A stretch of DNA of 64,000 bases, from IMG/VR virus record IMGVR_UViG_3300002835_000024; one strand, given 5' to 3'. Under the pieces are notes generated by a model, which saw only the letters and a program-made list of their open reading frames with translations, ran no database searches and was not told where the DNA came from. The position numbers and the translations under genes are program-made. Shown here piece after piece: positions 6,918 to 16,833 of the stretch. The stretch comes from a virus. Position 1 is the stretch's first letter; every line of letters begins with the position of its first letter.

Positions 6918-9191
6918 ATGATTAAAAAGGCTTTATTACTAGCCACAGCTAGTATGGCTATTGCGCCTGCAATTTATGCGCAACAACATGATGTTGTTAT
7001 TATTACTGCCACTAAGACTGAAACTGATCTGCAAGATACGCCTATTTCAGTAGCTGTGCTTGACGACGAACAACTGGTAAAAAGAAATGCAGGAAGCTTG
7101 CTTGATCTTTCTGATGGATCAGTTCCAAGTCTAAGAATCGCAACTTTCGAATCCAGACAGTCTGCACTTACAGTAGGCATGAGAGGAATTGTGCCAGGAG
7201 ACGCTAACCAGCCAGCTAGGGAACAAGGTGTTGGTGTTTACCTTGACGGAGTTTACATGGGCAGACAGCATGGTCTAAATGCTGGGTTTCTCGACATTGA
7301 GCGTGTTGAAGTTCTTCGTGGTCCACAGGGTACGCTGTTTGGACGAAATACCGAAGGTGGGGCTGTGAACATCATCAGTAAATCTCCAACAGGAGTTTTT
7401 GGAGGATCTTTCAGCGCTGGAGTTGGTAATTACGGAATTTATTCTGGCAACTTCCGTCTTAATTTGCCGGAGTTTGCTGGTGTTTCTGTAAAGATGGATG
7501 CGGGAATTCAACATCAAGACGCGACCACAAAAAACCCAACCCAAAATCAATATGGATGGAATTATCATCACAGGTATGGCGGAAGAATAGCAGCAAGGTG
7601 GGAACCTACGGATACTTTCCGTGCTGATATTGCTGTTGATTCCAGCAGAGATCAAAACACCCCCTATTTCAGCCAATTGATTAACTATAATCCTCTGAAC
7701 AGACCTGTCGCGACACTTTCTCAAATTGCTGCAGCTGGCAATAAAATACCTTCCGGATATGTCGCGCCTCTTCCTAGCGTTGTTGTGGTGCAACCCGATC
7801 GTGCCAAATCTGCCGCAGTTGGAGTTCCTCAAGAACCAAGTATCGGCAAATCTTCAGGTATCACTTCAACCCTAACTTGGGACATCAATGATGATCTTGA
7901 GTTTAAATCTATTACAGCAAGGCGTGAAGTGTCAGATCGCCAGTTTGATAATTCAGGTTCAGCTAATCGCACACCTGTTTTTGTCCCTAACGCCACATTC
8001 AGTAGATATTCAATCGCTAAATTGAATCAAGAACAGTTTTCACAAGAGTTCCAGCTTATTGGTTCAATGGACAATTTAACCTATGTTGTTGGCGCTTATT
8101 ATTTTACGGAAACTGCTGATGATGAAGCAAGAACTCCCAATACTAATAAATGGAATGCCTTTGGCACAGCCTACACCTTTGTTGATCCCAGCACATATTC
8201 GCTAACGCCAATTGCTCGCGCTTCACAAGCAGAAGCTGATAGCTACGCTCTCTATGGCCAGGCCACATATACGGTAAATGATGATTGGCATTTTACCCTT
8301 GGTGGTAGAGTTACAGAAGATAAGAAAAATGGTAAACTGTTCACGGTGAATGGCGCAAGCACTAATCTAACCTTCAGACAAGAGAACAGACGATTTGATC
8401 CGCTTGCTACGCTTGTTTACGATTTCAATGATGATATCAATGTTTATGCAAAATATACAACAGGATATCGTGCTGGCGGAGCCAGTTCTCGGTCACTGAT
8501 TTATCGTTCTTTTGGACCTGAATCTGTGAAGTCATATGAAATTGGATCCAAGATGGATCTATTTGATAACACCAGACTAAATGTTGCTGCTTATACCATG
8601 GACAGAAAAGACAGTCAGGTTGATTTCAATTTCTTTGTCCCCCAACCAAACGGTACCGTCCGCAATACCCTCGAAACAGTGAATGCGGAAGGCACCACAA
8701 AAATCAAGGGGCTTGAAGTAGATCTAACTGTAGAACCAATTGATGATCTTAAGATGGCTGTTTCATATGCATATACGGACACTCTGATGCCACTCGCCCG
8801 TAATACTGTGCAAGAGCAACTTAATGCATTGCTGACTCCACCTAATCTGTCTCCGGTATTCCAGAAAGTGTTCATCACATATACCCCAGAACATGCTTTG
8901 TCAGCATCTGTTGATTATGACATTGTTGATTGGAGTTTTCATATTGATGGAAACTATTCATCACCCCAATACACTTTTGACAACGAAGATGTTCAAAATG
9001 AAGAAAGCTTTGTTGTCAACACTCGTGTAAGTAAAGAATTTGAAAACTTTACAGTTTCAATTTGGAGTCGTAATCTTTTTGATACGTCTTACATTTATAG
9101 ACGTTCAAATGCCAACGGAACAGTGTTGGGCGATTATGCAAACTTTAATGAGCCTAGAACGTTTGGTATCGACTTCACAACAAATTTCTAG
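6918..9191 (+). CDS. TonB-dependent outer-membrane receptor, full length
   Basis: Sec signal, TonB box DVVIITA, plug motif DIERVEVLRGPQGTLFGRNTEGGAVNI, barrel C-terminus RNLFD...PRTFGIDFTTNF ending in Phe. Confidence 0.95.
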   Translation: MIKKALLLATASMAIAPAIYAQQHDVVIITATKTETDLQDTPISVAVLDDEQLVKRNAGSLLDLSDGSVPSLRIATFESRQSALTVGMRGIVPGDANQPAREQGVGVYLDGVYMGRQHGLNAGFLDIERVEVLRGPQGTLFGRNTEGGAVNIISKSPTGVFGGSFSAGVGNYGIYSGNFRLNLPEFAGVSVKMDAGIQHQDATTKNPTQNQYGWNYHHRYGGRIAARWEPTDTFRADIAVDSSRDQNTPYFSQLINYNPLNRPVATLSQIAAAGNKIPSGYVAPLPSVVVVQPDRAKSAAVGVPQEPSIGKSSGITSTLTWDINDDLEFKSITARREVSDRQFDNSGSANRTPVFVPNATFSRYSIAKLNQEQFSQEFQLIGSMDNLTYVVGAYYFTETADDEARTPNTNKWNAFGTAYTFVDPSTYSLTPIARASQAEADSYALYGQATYTVNDDWHFTLGGRVTEDKKNGKLFTVNGASTNLTFRQENRRFDPLATLVYDFNDDINVYAKYTTGYRAGGASSRSLIYRSFGPESVKSYEIGSKMDLFDNTRLNVAAYTMDRKDSQVDFNFFVPQPNGTVRNTLETVNAEGTTKIKGLEVDLTVEPIDDLKMAVSYAYTDTLMPLARNTVQEQLNALLTPPNLSPVFQKVFITYTPEHALSASVDYDIVDWSFHIDGNYSSPQYTFDNEDVQNEESFVVNTRVSKEFENFTVSIWSRNLFDTSYIYRRSNANGTVLGDYANFNEPRTFGIDFTTNF

Positions 9192-9200
9192 GGCATTATT

Positions 9201-9455
9201 ATGTCAAAAAAAGTAGAAAAGATAAAAATTGAATTGGGTATAAATCCCGATGACGTTTTTGCAAACATTGAGCGTATTGTGAACACCTGTAATACCACAT
9301 ATTCTGATGCAATCATACATTATTGCCAACAAAGTAATAACGAGATAGAAACTATCGCCGATCTCGTGAAGAGCAATCCTAAACTGAAACACGCTCTTCA
9401 ATTAGAATATGAGGCACTCAATATGCTCCCCAAAACATCAAGGTTGCCAATTTGA
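9201..9455 (+). CDS. gp33: Late promoter transcription co-activator
   Basis: TYSDAIIHYC...IETIADLV...LKHALQLEYEALNMLPKTSRLPI; 33-59-32 synteny. Confidence 0.85.
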   Translation: MSKKVEKIKIELGINPDDVFANIERIVNTCNTTYSDAIIHYCQQSNNEIETIADLVKSNPKLKHALQLEYEALNMLPKTSRLPI

Positions 9456-10030
9456 TTTCACCGTTTGATGCGTATCAAAAGTTCTTATCAATCAAACAAC
9501 ATTTCAACTCTGATTCCTACGATTATCTAAAATATCAAGGGAAATTGAAACTGGATCTCACAAAGTTTCAAACAAGAAAGGATAGATTCTTTTTTGAGAA
9601 ACTCGCTAAGAAGAAAGATATTGAAGGTTATATTATTGCCAATCTGATCAATAGTGATATTTCTTGGATCGGAGATCTTTTCTCTGATAAAGCAGAAAAG
9701 AATTACACTGATTGGCTCAAGAGAAAAGAATCTCTCACATACAATTTTAAAAATGAAATAGGGCATTTGCTCGAAGATTTCGACAAAAACTTTATTGTGG
9801 AAGATGGACAACATCCATATTTGTTAAAGCTTTTACGACAGGGCAAAGTTTCTCTAGAAACAGTAATCATCCTGAATGATATAATTGGTTTCATCGGTCA
9901 TTGGAAAAAGAACATAAAAGATAATGTTGTTTGGCCAATTTTTTTAAGAAAATGCTTGAAATATAGACCCTTTCTAAGTTATGATAGGGCTAAGTTTAAG
10001 AAGATATTGAAGGAAAAATTCGTCAAATAA
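9452..10030 (+). CDS. gp59: Helicase loader
   Basis: AYQKFLSIKQHF, YDYLKYQGK, RKDRFFFEKLAKK, ETVIIL, KYRPFL. Confidence 0.9.
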   Translation: MISPFDAYQKFLSIKQHFNSDSYDYLKYQGKLKLDLTKFQTRKDRFFFEKLAKKKDIEGYIIANLINSDISWIGDLFSDKAEKNYTDWLKRKESLTYNFKNEIGHLLEDFDKNFIVEDGQHPYLLKLLRQGKVSLETVIILNDIIGFIGHWKKNIKDNVVWPIFLRKCLKYRPFLSYDRAKFKKILKEKFVK

Positions 10031-10097
10031 ATATTTCATTATAGTACTATAATACCAAAACAAAACAACATACATCGTAATACAAGGATATACAAAA

Positions 10098-11006
10098 ATG
10101 AATTTCAACGATCTTAAAAAACAGAAAACGTCAAACTTCGAGAAGCTCACCAAAGCCGTGAGTTCTCTGAATAAAACCTCCGAAGGAAATGATAAAGATA
10201 CCACTTTCTGGACACCTACAGTGGACAAAGCTGGTAATGGTTATGCGATCATTCGGTTTCTTCCTGCGCCCAATGGCGAGGATCTTCCCTTTGTTCGAAT
10301 CTGGGATCACGGATTCCAAGGTCCAGGCGGATGGTATATTGAGAAGTCTTTGACGACACTCGGCAAACCCGATCCTGTTTCTGAATACAATTCCAAACTC
10401 TGGAACTCTTCCGCAAGCGACGACAGTCCTGAGCGCAAACAGGCCCGCAAACAAAAGCGTCGTCTGAGCTACGTCTCCAACATCTACGTTGTCAGCGATC
10501 CTGGTAACAAAGAGAACGAGGGTAAAGTTTTCCGCTACAAGTACGGCAAGAAAATCTTTGAGAAGATCAATGATATGATGCATCCTGTCCATCCGGACGA
10601 AGAAGCTATGAATCCTTTTGACTTCTGGGAAGGTGCCAATTTCAAACTCAAGATCCGTCAGGTTGATGGATATCGCAACTATGACAAGTCCGAGTTTGAG
10701 AAAGCGGCTCCTCTTTCTGATGATGATTCAGAGCTCGAGGAAATCTGGACTAAACAGCATTCTCTCAATCAGCTGATCGCTGAGAGTGAATTCAAGACCT
10801 ACGATCAATTGAAAGCTCGTCTTTCTCTTGTTCTGGGAGATGTTCCTCGGAACTCGAACCGTGATGAAGACGAAGAAGCTCCTCCACCACAGAAAGCTTC
10901 TGCTGCTCCTAAACGAGCAGCTGCTCCCGCTAAGAGGGAAGTGGTTGATGATGACGATGAGGACACTCTAGAATTCTTTAAGCGAATTGCTGAGGAAGAT
11001 GAATAG
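10098..11006 (+). CDS. gp32: Single-stranded DNA-binding protein
   Basis: DKAGNGYAIIRFLP, GGWYIEKSLTT, NPFDFWEGANFKLK, NYDKSEF, acidic tail. The A/C-rich unstructured leader at 10055-10097 fits gene-32 autoregulation. Confidence 0.97.
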   Translation: MNFNDLKKQKTSNFEKLTKAVSSLNKTSEGNDKDTTFWTPTVDKAGNGYAIIRFLPAPNGEDLPFVRIWDHGFQGPGGWYIEKSLTTLGKPDPVSEYNSKLWNSSASDDSPERKQARKQKRRLSYVSNIYVVSDPGNKENEGKVFRYKYGKKIFEKINDMMHPVHPDEEAMNPFDFWEGANFKLKIRQVDGYRNYDKSEFEKAAPLSDDDSELEEIWTKQHSLNQLIAESEFKTYDQLKARLSLVLGDVPRNSNRDEDEEAPPPQKASAAPKRAAAPAKREVVDDDDEDTLEFFKRIAEEDE

Positions 11007-11010
11007 ATTA

Positions 11011-11037
11011 AAGAGGGGCTTCGGCCCCTCTTTTTTT
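11011..11037. terminator. Rho-independent terminator with UUCG loop, probably bidirectional
   Basis: AAGAGGGGC-TTCG-GCCCCTCTTTTTTT between convergent genes. Confidence 0.92.
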
Positions 11038-12793
11038 ATACTGACAAGTATCTATTGCTCTCAAATTGAGAAACCGCTTTGGGTGTGAATTTTGGAGGAT
11101 CAATTGGCGGAATATAGGCTATTTGTTTTTGCGATTTTTGGGCAGATCCCATTGTATTGTTAATTACCGTTGGGGCTGAAGCAGGAGCAGGTTTTGGTGC
11201 AGCTGCCGCCAAAGCCATTCTTTCTACGTCTGAAATTGGTTTTGGTGTAGCGAGAACGACATTTGGTGTGCCAGCAGAAACATCCATCATTTTCGAAAAT
11301 GTTGCCAGATCTGTTAAAGCTTTATTTCCAGAACGATCTCCTTCATAAAAAGATTTACCTGTTCTTGGATCTGGCAAGGCTGCCCATATTTTAGAAAGAT
11401 CAATCATTGCAGCTTGTTTTGCTGATTGATCACCGCCTAAGAATTTTTGTACGTTAGACATCTTAGATATTTGATACTGAAAGAATTTATCCTGCATACC
11501 CTCATCAAATTTTTCTTTGCCAGTTATCATTCCCATTTTTTTCATCTCGTCAGAAAGCATCTTAAGGGTGCTTGGAATAAATTGGAATTTTCCAACAGCA
11601 TCCCATCCGGATGTTTTTTGATTTTGCATAACCTGATCAATAGACAATTTCGAAACTTCAACCCCATATACAGCCCTTCCACCCTTTCGGAAAACGTCTG
11701 GGTTATTTCCAGATTCTATTCTTCCAATTAAATCTTTCAAAGAAGAAGCGTCTTTTGAAGATTGGATAATTCCAATATTAGAAGAAAGTCCCGCTCCTGA
11801 TGAGCCAAGTCTTTTCTTCATCTCATCTGCAGCGTCTTTTCCTATCTTTTTTCCATCTGTTTCTTCATTAAATTTTCCCGCCATGGCATCACCCAAAGCT
11901 TCTCCAGCGTCTTCTAGAAGAAACGAGCCAGCAATACCACCTATTAATCCTCCAAAAAATGCTCCTACTGGTCCACCAACTAGACCTAATTGCGCGCCAG
12001 CAGCTGCTCCAGCCATGCCGCCGCCAACGTTTCCTGCAAGACCTCCCCAGAAACCCTCATCACTTTTTGCTTTATAAAGACCATCGCCCAAAACATCTGA
12101 ACCAGCAACAGCACCAATTCCAGCACTCACTATTTTTCTTTTACCACCAAGTGCGTATCCTATCGCACCGCCAATTCCAGCACCAGCCACATTTGGTGTA
12201 TTGTTACCACCTGAAGATTTTAATAAATCTCCTCCTGGTTTTAAGAAATCTAAGATTGGCCCAAGATTAGAAACTATCGCAAGCCCAATCGATTGAGCTA
12301 ACATTTCTCCAATACCGAAACCAGCTTTCTCGGCGTTGTCGGCCATAGCTTCAATTTTTCCGCCAAGACCAGCTATTTTTTGGTTGTCTCCACCCTCTGC
12401 CGCCTTTTCTCTGGCCGCTAAATTCATTGCCTGAGAAACATATAAGCTTCTTTTTAGCGTTTCGTCGATTGAAGAAAGCAATGAAATAGTTTGATCGCAG
12501 CAGCAACAATTGTCTTTAATTGATGTTGGCCCAGTAACTCTTGTATTGGTGGAAGTGGGTGCAAAAATAGAGCTAATTCTTGGATAGGATGTTTGTTGTT
12601 GCTGTGGAGATGCAGTTTGTCTAGATGATCCAGATCCTCCAAGCTTTCCGCCCAAGAGACCTGATCCCAAACCTGCCAATAATCCACCGCCAACCGCAAG
12701 AGTTCCCTTTCCAATTGTTCTTGCAGCTCCACCTACAGCCTTTCCAGCTGTTGAAAAACCTCTACCTAATAAAGAGCCTAAAGCTATAGCCAT
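11036..12793 (-). CDS. Probable tape-measure/baseplate-hub (gp29-like) protein with lysozyme-like domain
   Basis: Gly/Ala-rich helical repeats. IGRIES...AVGKFQFIPSTLK...WAALP is a lysozyme-fold motif. 585 aa, downstream of gp26/gp51. Confidence 0.65.
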   Translation of the reverse strand: MAIALGSLLGRGFSTAGKAVGGAARTIGKGTLAVGGGLLAGLGSGLLGGKLGGSGSSRQTASPQQQQTSYPRISSIFAPTSTNTRVTGPTSIKDNCCCCDQTISLLSSIDETLKRSLYVSQAMNLAAREKAAEGGDNQKIAGLGGKIEAMADNAEKAGFGIGEMLAQSIGLAIVSNLGPILDFLKPGGDLLKSSGGNNTPNVAGAGIGGAIGYALGGKRKIVSAGIGAVAGSDVLGDGLYKAKSDEGFWGGLAGNVGGGMAGAAAGAQLGLVGGPVGAFFGGLIGGIAGSFLLEDAGEALGDAMAGKFNEETDGKKIGKDAADEMKKRLGSSGAGLSSNIGIIQSSKDASSLKDLIGRIESGNNPDVFRKGGRAVYGVEVSKLSIDQVMQNQKTSGWDAVGKFQFIPSTLKMLSDEMKKMGMITGKEKFDEGMQDKFFQYQISKMSNVQKFLGGDQSAKQAAMIDLSKIWAALPDPRTGKSFYEGDRSGNKALTDLATFSKMMDVSAGTPNVVLATPKPISDVERMALAAAAPKPAPASAPTVINNTMGSAQKSQKQIAYIPPIDPPKFTPKAVSQFESNRYLSV

Positions 12794-12972
12794 CAGCTAT
12801 TTCCTTGCTGTTGATCAACCTTTTTCAAATACTCCAACAACATATCAACATAAATATCTCTTTCAAATGGAATCATACCTTCTATTTCTGTTAAAGAGTA
12901 TTTATGATGCTGGACTAAAGCGAAATTGGTTTTGTAGTAATTTAGCAAATCGCCATAGCCTAAAGCAACGTA
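12793..12972 (-). CDS. gp51: gp51-like baseplate hub assembly segment (no ATG start; probably reached by -1 frameshift from gp26)
   Basis: YVALGYGDLLNYYKTNFALVQHHKYSLTEIEGMIPFERDIYVDMLLEYLK...*; the stop overlaps the next ATG (TGATG). Confidence 0.8.
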   Translation of the reverse strand, partial: YVALGYGDLLNYYKTNFALVQHHKYSLTEIEGMIPFERDIYVDMLLEYLKKVDQQQGNS

Positions 12973-13676
12973 AAAAAATCTTCTAACGTGGACAACACAA
13001 ATTTCTTTTCGTTCCCCAAAGAGTTTTTATATTTTATAATATACTCCATCTTGGGAGCAGAATCGAAAAACGTTTTAATCTTTTCAAAGTTTTTAGGAGA
13101 GAATCCTTCAATAAAATCGCTTATTTCTTCTTCAGAATAAGATTTAGGATCATATACCTCTTCTTCATCGTAGATTGACTTGATGCACTGTTTTAAATAA
13201 AAAATCAAAAGGTCGTACTCATTATTGATGTTTTCTTGAAAGTTCTCAATAATCTTAAAAGTTGGGTATTCTAAGATAATCCCAACCTTTTCTGATATCT
13301 TGATATCATTAACAGGTTTTTTCTTTGGTTTGATAATCTTGACTTCTGAAACATCAATTTGGAATTTATAAGGTTTTTCATCTTCATCATCAATCAGTTG
13401 AAAATCAATAATGTTGTTTACTGATACGCCTCTTAGTTGAAGAAATACGTATTCTGCATCTGATATGCTCATCTCATCAACATTAAAAGTGTCATCAACA
13501 CAACAATTGTTGATTACCTGTCTGATCGCCTTTGCAATTTCCTTTCGGCTTTTAGATTGTTGTGCCGTGAATAGAATTTTTTCTTCTTTAACCAGAAATG
13601 GTCTGAAGTTTACCTTTTTCCCAGAAGAAGGTATTTCAAAATCAAATATGGGTTGCGATATTTTTGGTAGTGACAT
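12960..13676 (-). CDS. gp26: Baseplate hub assembly protein
   Basis: MSLPKI...FRPFLVKEEKIL...EYVFLQLRGVSV...LEDFF. Confidence 0.88.
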   Translation of the reverse strand: MSLPKISQPIFDFEIPSSGKKVNFRPFLVKEEKILFTAQQSKSRKEIAKAIRQVINNCCVDDTFNVDEMSISDAEYVFLQLRGVSVNNIIDFQLIDDEDEKPYKFQIDVSEVKIIKPKKKPVNDIKISEKVGIILEYPTFKIIENFQENINNEYDLLIFYLKQCIKSIYDEEEVYDPKSYSEEEISDFIEGFSPKNFEKIKTFFDSAPKMEYIIKYKNSLGNEKKFVLSTLEDFFTLL

Positions 13677-13697
13677 AATGACAATCCTTTTATATGG

Positions 13698-14477
13698 TTA
13701 CACTTCATTTCTATTTAAAATTACATCCGGATTAAATCTTGAAACTGGATCCAAGTTTAATATACTTTTTGCTTCTCTGGATTCAACACTTTCGGTTTGT
13801 GATCCTTTATCATAAAACTCTTTGGTAGAATGAACAAATTGCATAGATATTGATAATCTAATAAGATCATTTTGGGCTGGCCAACTGACGTCATATTCTG
13901 AAATTGTCAGGGGGAAACATTCAAAGGCTTTAGTTTCGAAAACCAACTCATTAGATTCGTTATAAACAAATATCGACAGAACTGGACAAATATATTCGCT
14001 TTTGTAGTTAACCAGATATGCGTTTTTCTGAGGCTGTTCATATATGGGTTTGTCTATGTTATGGTCGACCATTAAATTCGCCCAATCATTAAAAAATTTA
14101 ATGATTTTTGCGGAACGATCTACAAGAAAAACCATCCTCATTGGGTTGAATGATGGTAGATATGGTTTCTTCTCTATTTGTCCATATCCATATCTTTTCA
14201 AATCTTGGGTGAAAAAGTTTTGGCCAGGAACTGTAACTGTCTCACATCTCAGAGTCATGAAATGTGTATTGTTTTGATAGAGCGAAGCAAACTCCCCTTC
14301 TCTGAACGCTTTCGGTAGAGAAATAACACAGATAAACTTATTGTTTTGCAAAACTCCATTTTTATTAATTTCGGATCTAAACTCAGATATGTCGAATCTT
14401 CTTTTAGACTGCACAACAACTCTATCCCCCGTATCAACGGCTGGAGTTTGTTGTTCTGGTTGTGTATCTTCTGACAT
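13698..14477 (-). CDS. gp54: Baseplate-tail tube initiator
   Basis: LRCETVTVPG, IKFFNDWAN, YKSEY, ECFPLTI (tail-tube fold); synteny. Confidence 0.7.
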   Translation of the reverse strand: MSEDTQPEQQTPAVDTGDRVVVQSKRRFDISEFRSEINKNGVLQNNKFICVISLPKAFREGEFASLYQNNTHFMTLRCETVTVPGQNFFTQDLKRYGYGQIEKKPYLPSFNPMRMVFLVDRSAKIIKFFNDWANLMVDHNIDKPIYEQPQKNAYLVNYKSEYICPVLSIFVYNESNELVFETKAFECFPLTISEYDVSWPAQNDLIRLSISMQFVHSTKEFYDKGSQTESVESREAKSILNLDPVSRFNPDVILNRNEV

Positions 14478-15080
14478 TTATTTCTGTGTCCTTAATTTTC
14501 TGCGACTGTCAGCCCAAACATTTTGTTTGCTGCTCTTGACGAATCTCTCTAGTGGTAAGAACAATGCGATATCCCACTCCTCTGGTTTGACGTACATGAA
14601 TTTAGACTTTACGTGGCCGTTCAAGTATCTCTTCACACATGGTTTAAAAAATCTTAATTTTGCGGCTCTTTGTAATAAAGAATAATTCATTTTTAATTTA
14701 GTGGTTTCGTCATATTTGCTATTATTTGCATATTCATATAAACCGTCCATTAATTTGGCTCTGAGCTCATAGGGAAGATAATGCAAATTGATACCATAAA
14801 ACCCATCGACGGTTTTCTTAAAAGGAAAGATCATAGGAAAGACATCATAATATGGCAATTTCTCAGCTGTTTTGGGATCGTAGAAAAACATATACATGCT
14901 TCCTATAATAGGAGTAGAAACCAATCTGTTTCTATCTGCTTTGAAGAAACTCAGCTCGTTTATGTTTCGAATTTTCTTGGCTGTTTCCCTGTACCAAGCT
15001 CGAGCTTGCTGTGTTCTGGCAGGAAATTGGCCAGAAGTAAGTCCTCTTCTGATAATTTCCTCAAAAATAGTTGTTGCCAT
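14478..15080 (-). CDS. gp2: DNA end protector protein
   Basis: MFFYDPKTAEKLPYYDVFP, GINLHYLP, PCVKRYL, WDIALFLP. Confidence 0.93.
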   Translation of the reverse strand: MATTIFEEIIRRGLTSGQFPARTQQARAWYRETAKKIRNINELSFFKADRNRLVSTPIIGSMYMFFYDPKTAEKLPYYDVFPMIFPFKKTVDGFYGINLHYLPYELRAKLMDGLYEYANNSKYDETTKLKMNYSLLQRAAKLRFFKPCVKRYLNGHVKSKFMYVKPEEWDIALFLPLERFVKSSKQNVWADSRRKLRTQK

Positions 15081-15095
15081 ACTGCTCCTCGCGCA

Positions 15096-15551
15096 TTAGA
15101 ACTTTATATTTAGTTGTTTCTCTCCAATCACCAAAAACTTCCAGCCTTTTATCTCACAGTATTTTTTGGCAGCTTTCCACTTAGCTTCGTTTATCCCCCA
15201 AGTGAAAACCTCTTTGATATAAGCTCTTGTTGCAGTTTTGCCTTCTTTTAGTGGAGGTGGAGGTTTTTGTTGACTTTCGGGTTTAATCTCGATAAGATAG
15301 GTTTCTACAATATCTTTCTTTTTGACTTTTATCAAAAAATCGACGAAATATCTGTGTATGCGATTGTCTTTTGGTGATGTATAAGGTATGATAGTTTCTT
15401 CTGAAGACCACTCTATGATATTGGGCGTCGAATCACAGTACATCATGAATTTCAATTCATAACTTGAACGATAAATAATATCGCTGACGTTTCCTCTGTA
15501 TTTTTGTGGATTATTGGGCCTAAATCTGCCCTTCATTGTTCTCATGTACAA
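15096..15551 (-). CDS. gp4: Head completion nuclease
   Basis: KGRFRPNNPQKY, YRSSYE, WSSEE, HRYFVDF, EIKP, NEAKWKAA. Confidence 0.93.
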   Translation of the reverse strand: MYMRTMKGRFRPNNPQKYRGNVSDIIYRSSYELKFMMYCDSTPNIIEWSSEETIIPYTSPKDNRIHRYFVDFLIKVKKKDIVETYLIEIKPESQQKPPPPLKEGKTATRAYIKEVFTWGINEAKWKAAKKYCEIKGWKFLVIGEKQLNIKF

Positions 15552-15573
15552 CTCTCGGTATCTGTTTCAGATT

Positions 15574-15592
15574 TATTTATTTGATATAAATA
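15574..15592. promoter_or_regulatory. Divergent T4-type late promoters
   Basis: TATAAATA at 15585-15592 (+) and AATAAATA at 15574-15581 (-), between divergent operons. Confidence 0.7.
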
Positions 15593-15622
15593 CAATTAAT
15601 AATAAACGGACAGGGAACTCGC

Positions 15623-16813
15623 ATGGCGCTACTGGTCAATCTATCTAACCCCCTATCAAAAATATCAGGAAACAACCTACCTTCTTTTGTTGAGCGTCTT
15701 GTTTCCTCTGGAATCGCGCAAATTAATTCCGAGCCACCTGTTCAAGAAAAAAATATCGCAACTTCTCAGGAAATTGATGATCTTAGAGGACTTCAGTATT
15801 ATACTTATTCTGCAGAAATTGACAGGGCTTTAGACGTTGAAGGCGCAAAAGATACAGAAACTGGATACGAAAATCTTGCGTATCCATCAGATCTTAATAA
15901 ATTTTACATGAGAATGGACTTTAAAAAATATCAAAGACCTTCTCCAACTCTTCCAGCGACCATAAACACATTACACTCAGTTTGTTTTCCTATTCCAACA
16001 GACCTGAGCGACAATTATAGAATAGATTATAGCGACTTTGATGCAGAAATCGCTGGCGCTATTATGAACTCTTTACAAAACACTAACCAGGGAATTACAG
16101 CATCAGCTGCAATCCAACCGCTTTTAAGATTTATCAGCGGAAGCACAATTGGTAGAAATTTCGTAAACATAGGCGCACAGACTTTGGCTGCAGCCTTGAA
16201 TCCCAATAAATCAATTATTTTCAATTCTCCGCAATTTAAAAATTATTCATTTTCTTGGACATTCGCGCCTAACAACGCAGAAGAATCTGAGACATTGAGA
16301 AAAATTATCAAAAAAATTAAAGCTTCTTCTTTGCCAACATACTCTGTATCAACTAACGCAAATGGCGATCTGGCAAAAGATTATAACGTTTTTAATTACC
16401 CAAATATGGTTAAAGTTTCTCTGTATCCTTGGGCTTCGCAAGAAGAAACAACCAGAGATATGTTTCAGACAAAACATTGTGTTATAGATTCTATAAGCGT
16501 AAATTATTCTCCTGAAAATAACATTTCTTTTTTCAATGGCGAAAAAAATGCTCCGACATTCATAGCTTTGACACTAAATCTGATAGAAATTGAACTGTTT
16601 ACTGGCGAAGATTTCGGAAGAGAAGGAGAAAAAGTCGATCTCAACAGAATTATTGATATTACAAAAATGGGTCAAGATAATCAAATTCAGATTTCTGAAG
16701 AAAATATTGATCCTTTTGTCCCCGCCAATACCGCCAACACTGCTAACACCTCCAGCGTAGTTTCTTCTAACGCAACGGCGCCAATTATACCGTTTGATAT
16801 GAATTCAATTTAA
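15623..16813 (+). CDS. gp48: Baseplate tail-tube cap
   Basis: LAYPSDL, NPNKSIIFNSPQFKNYSFSWTFAP..AEES, CVIDSISVNYSP, LNLIEIE. Confidence 0.85.
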   Translation: MALLVNLSNPLSKISGNNLPSFVERLVSSGIAQINSEPPVQEKNIATSQEIDDLRGLQYYTYSAEIDRALDVEGAKDTETGYENLAYPSDLNKFYMRMDFKKYQRPSPTLPATINTLHSVCFPIPTDLSDNYRIDYSDFDAEIAGAIMNSLQNTNQGITASAAIQPLLRFISGSTIGRNFVNIGAQTLAAALNPNKSIIFNSPQFKNYSFSWTFAPNNAEESETLRKIIKKIKASSLPTYSVSTNANGDLAKDYNVFNYPNMVKVSLYPWASQEETTRDMFQTKHCVIDSISVNYSPENNISFFNGEKNAPTFIALTLNLIEIELFTGEDFGREGEKVDLNRIIDITKMGQDNQIQISEENIDPFVPANTANTANTSSVVSSNATAPIIPFDMNSI

Positions 16814-16833
16814 CAAAAACTAAAGGAACAGTA

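Noticed and set aside
6918-9191. Host chromosomal segment or prophage boundary at the TBDR
   Set aside because: Phage-like AT content, tight packing with gene 33, phage genes on both sides and no other cellular genes. Read mapping is still needed to exclude a chimera
15096-15551. TnsA-like transposase
   Set aside because: T4 gp4 shares this nuclease fold; the context next to gp2 is canonical
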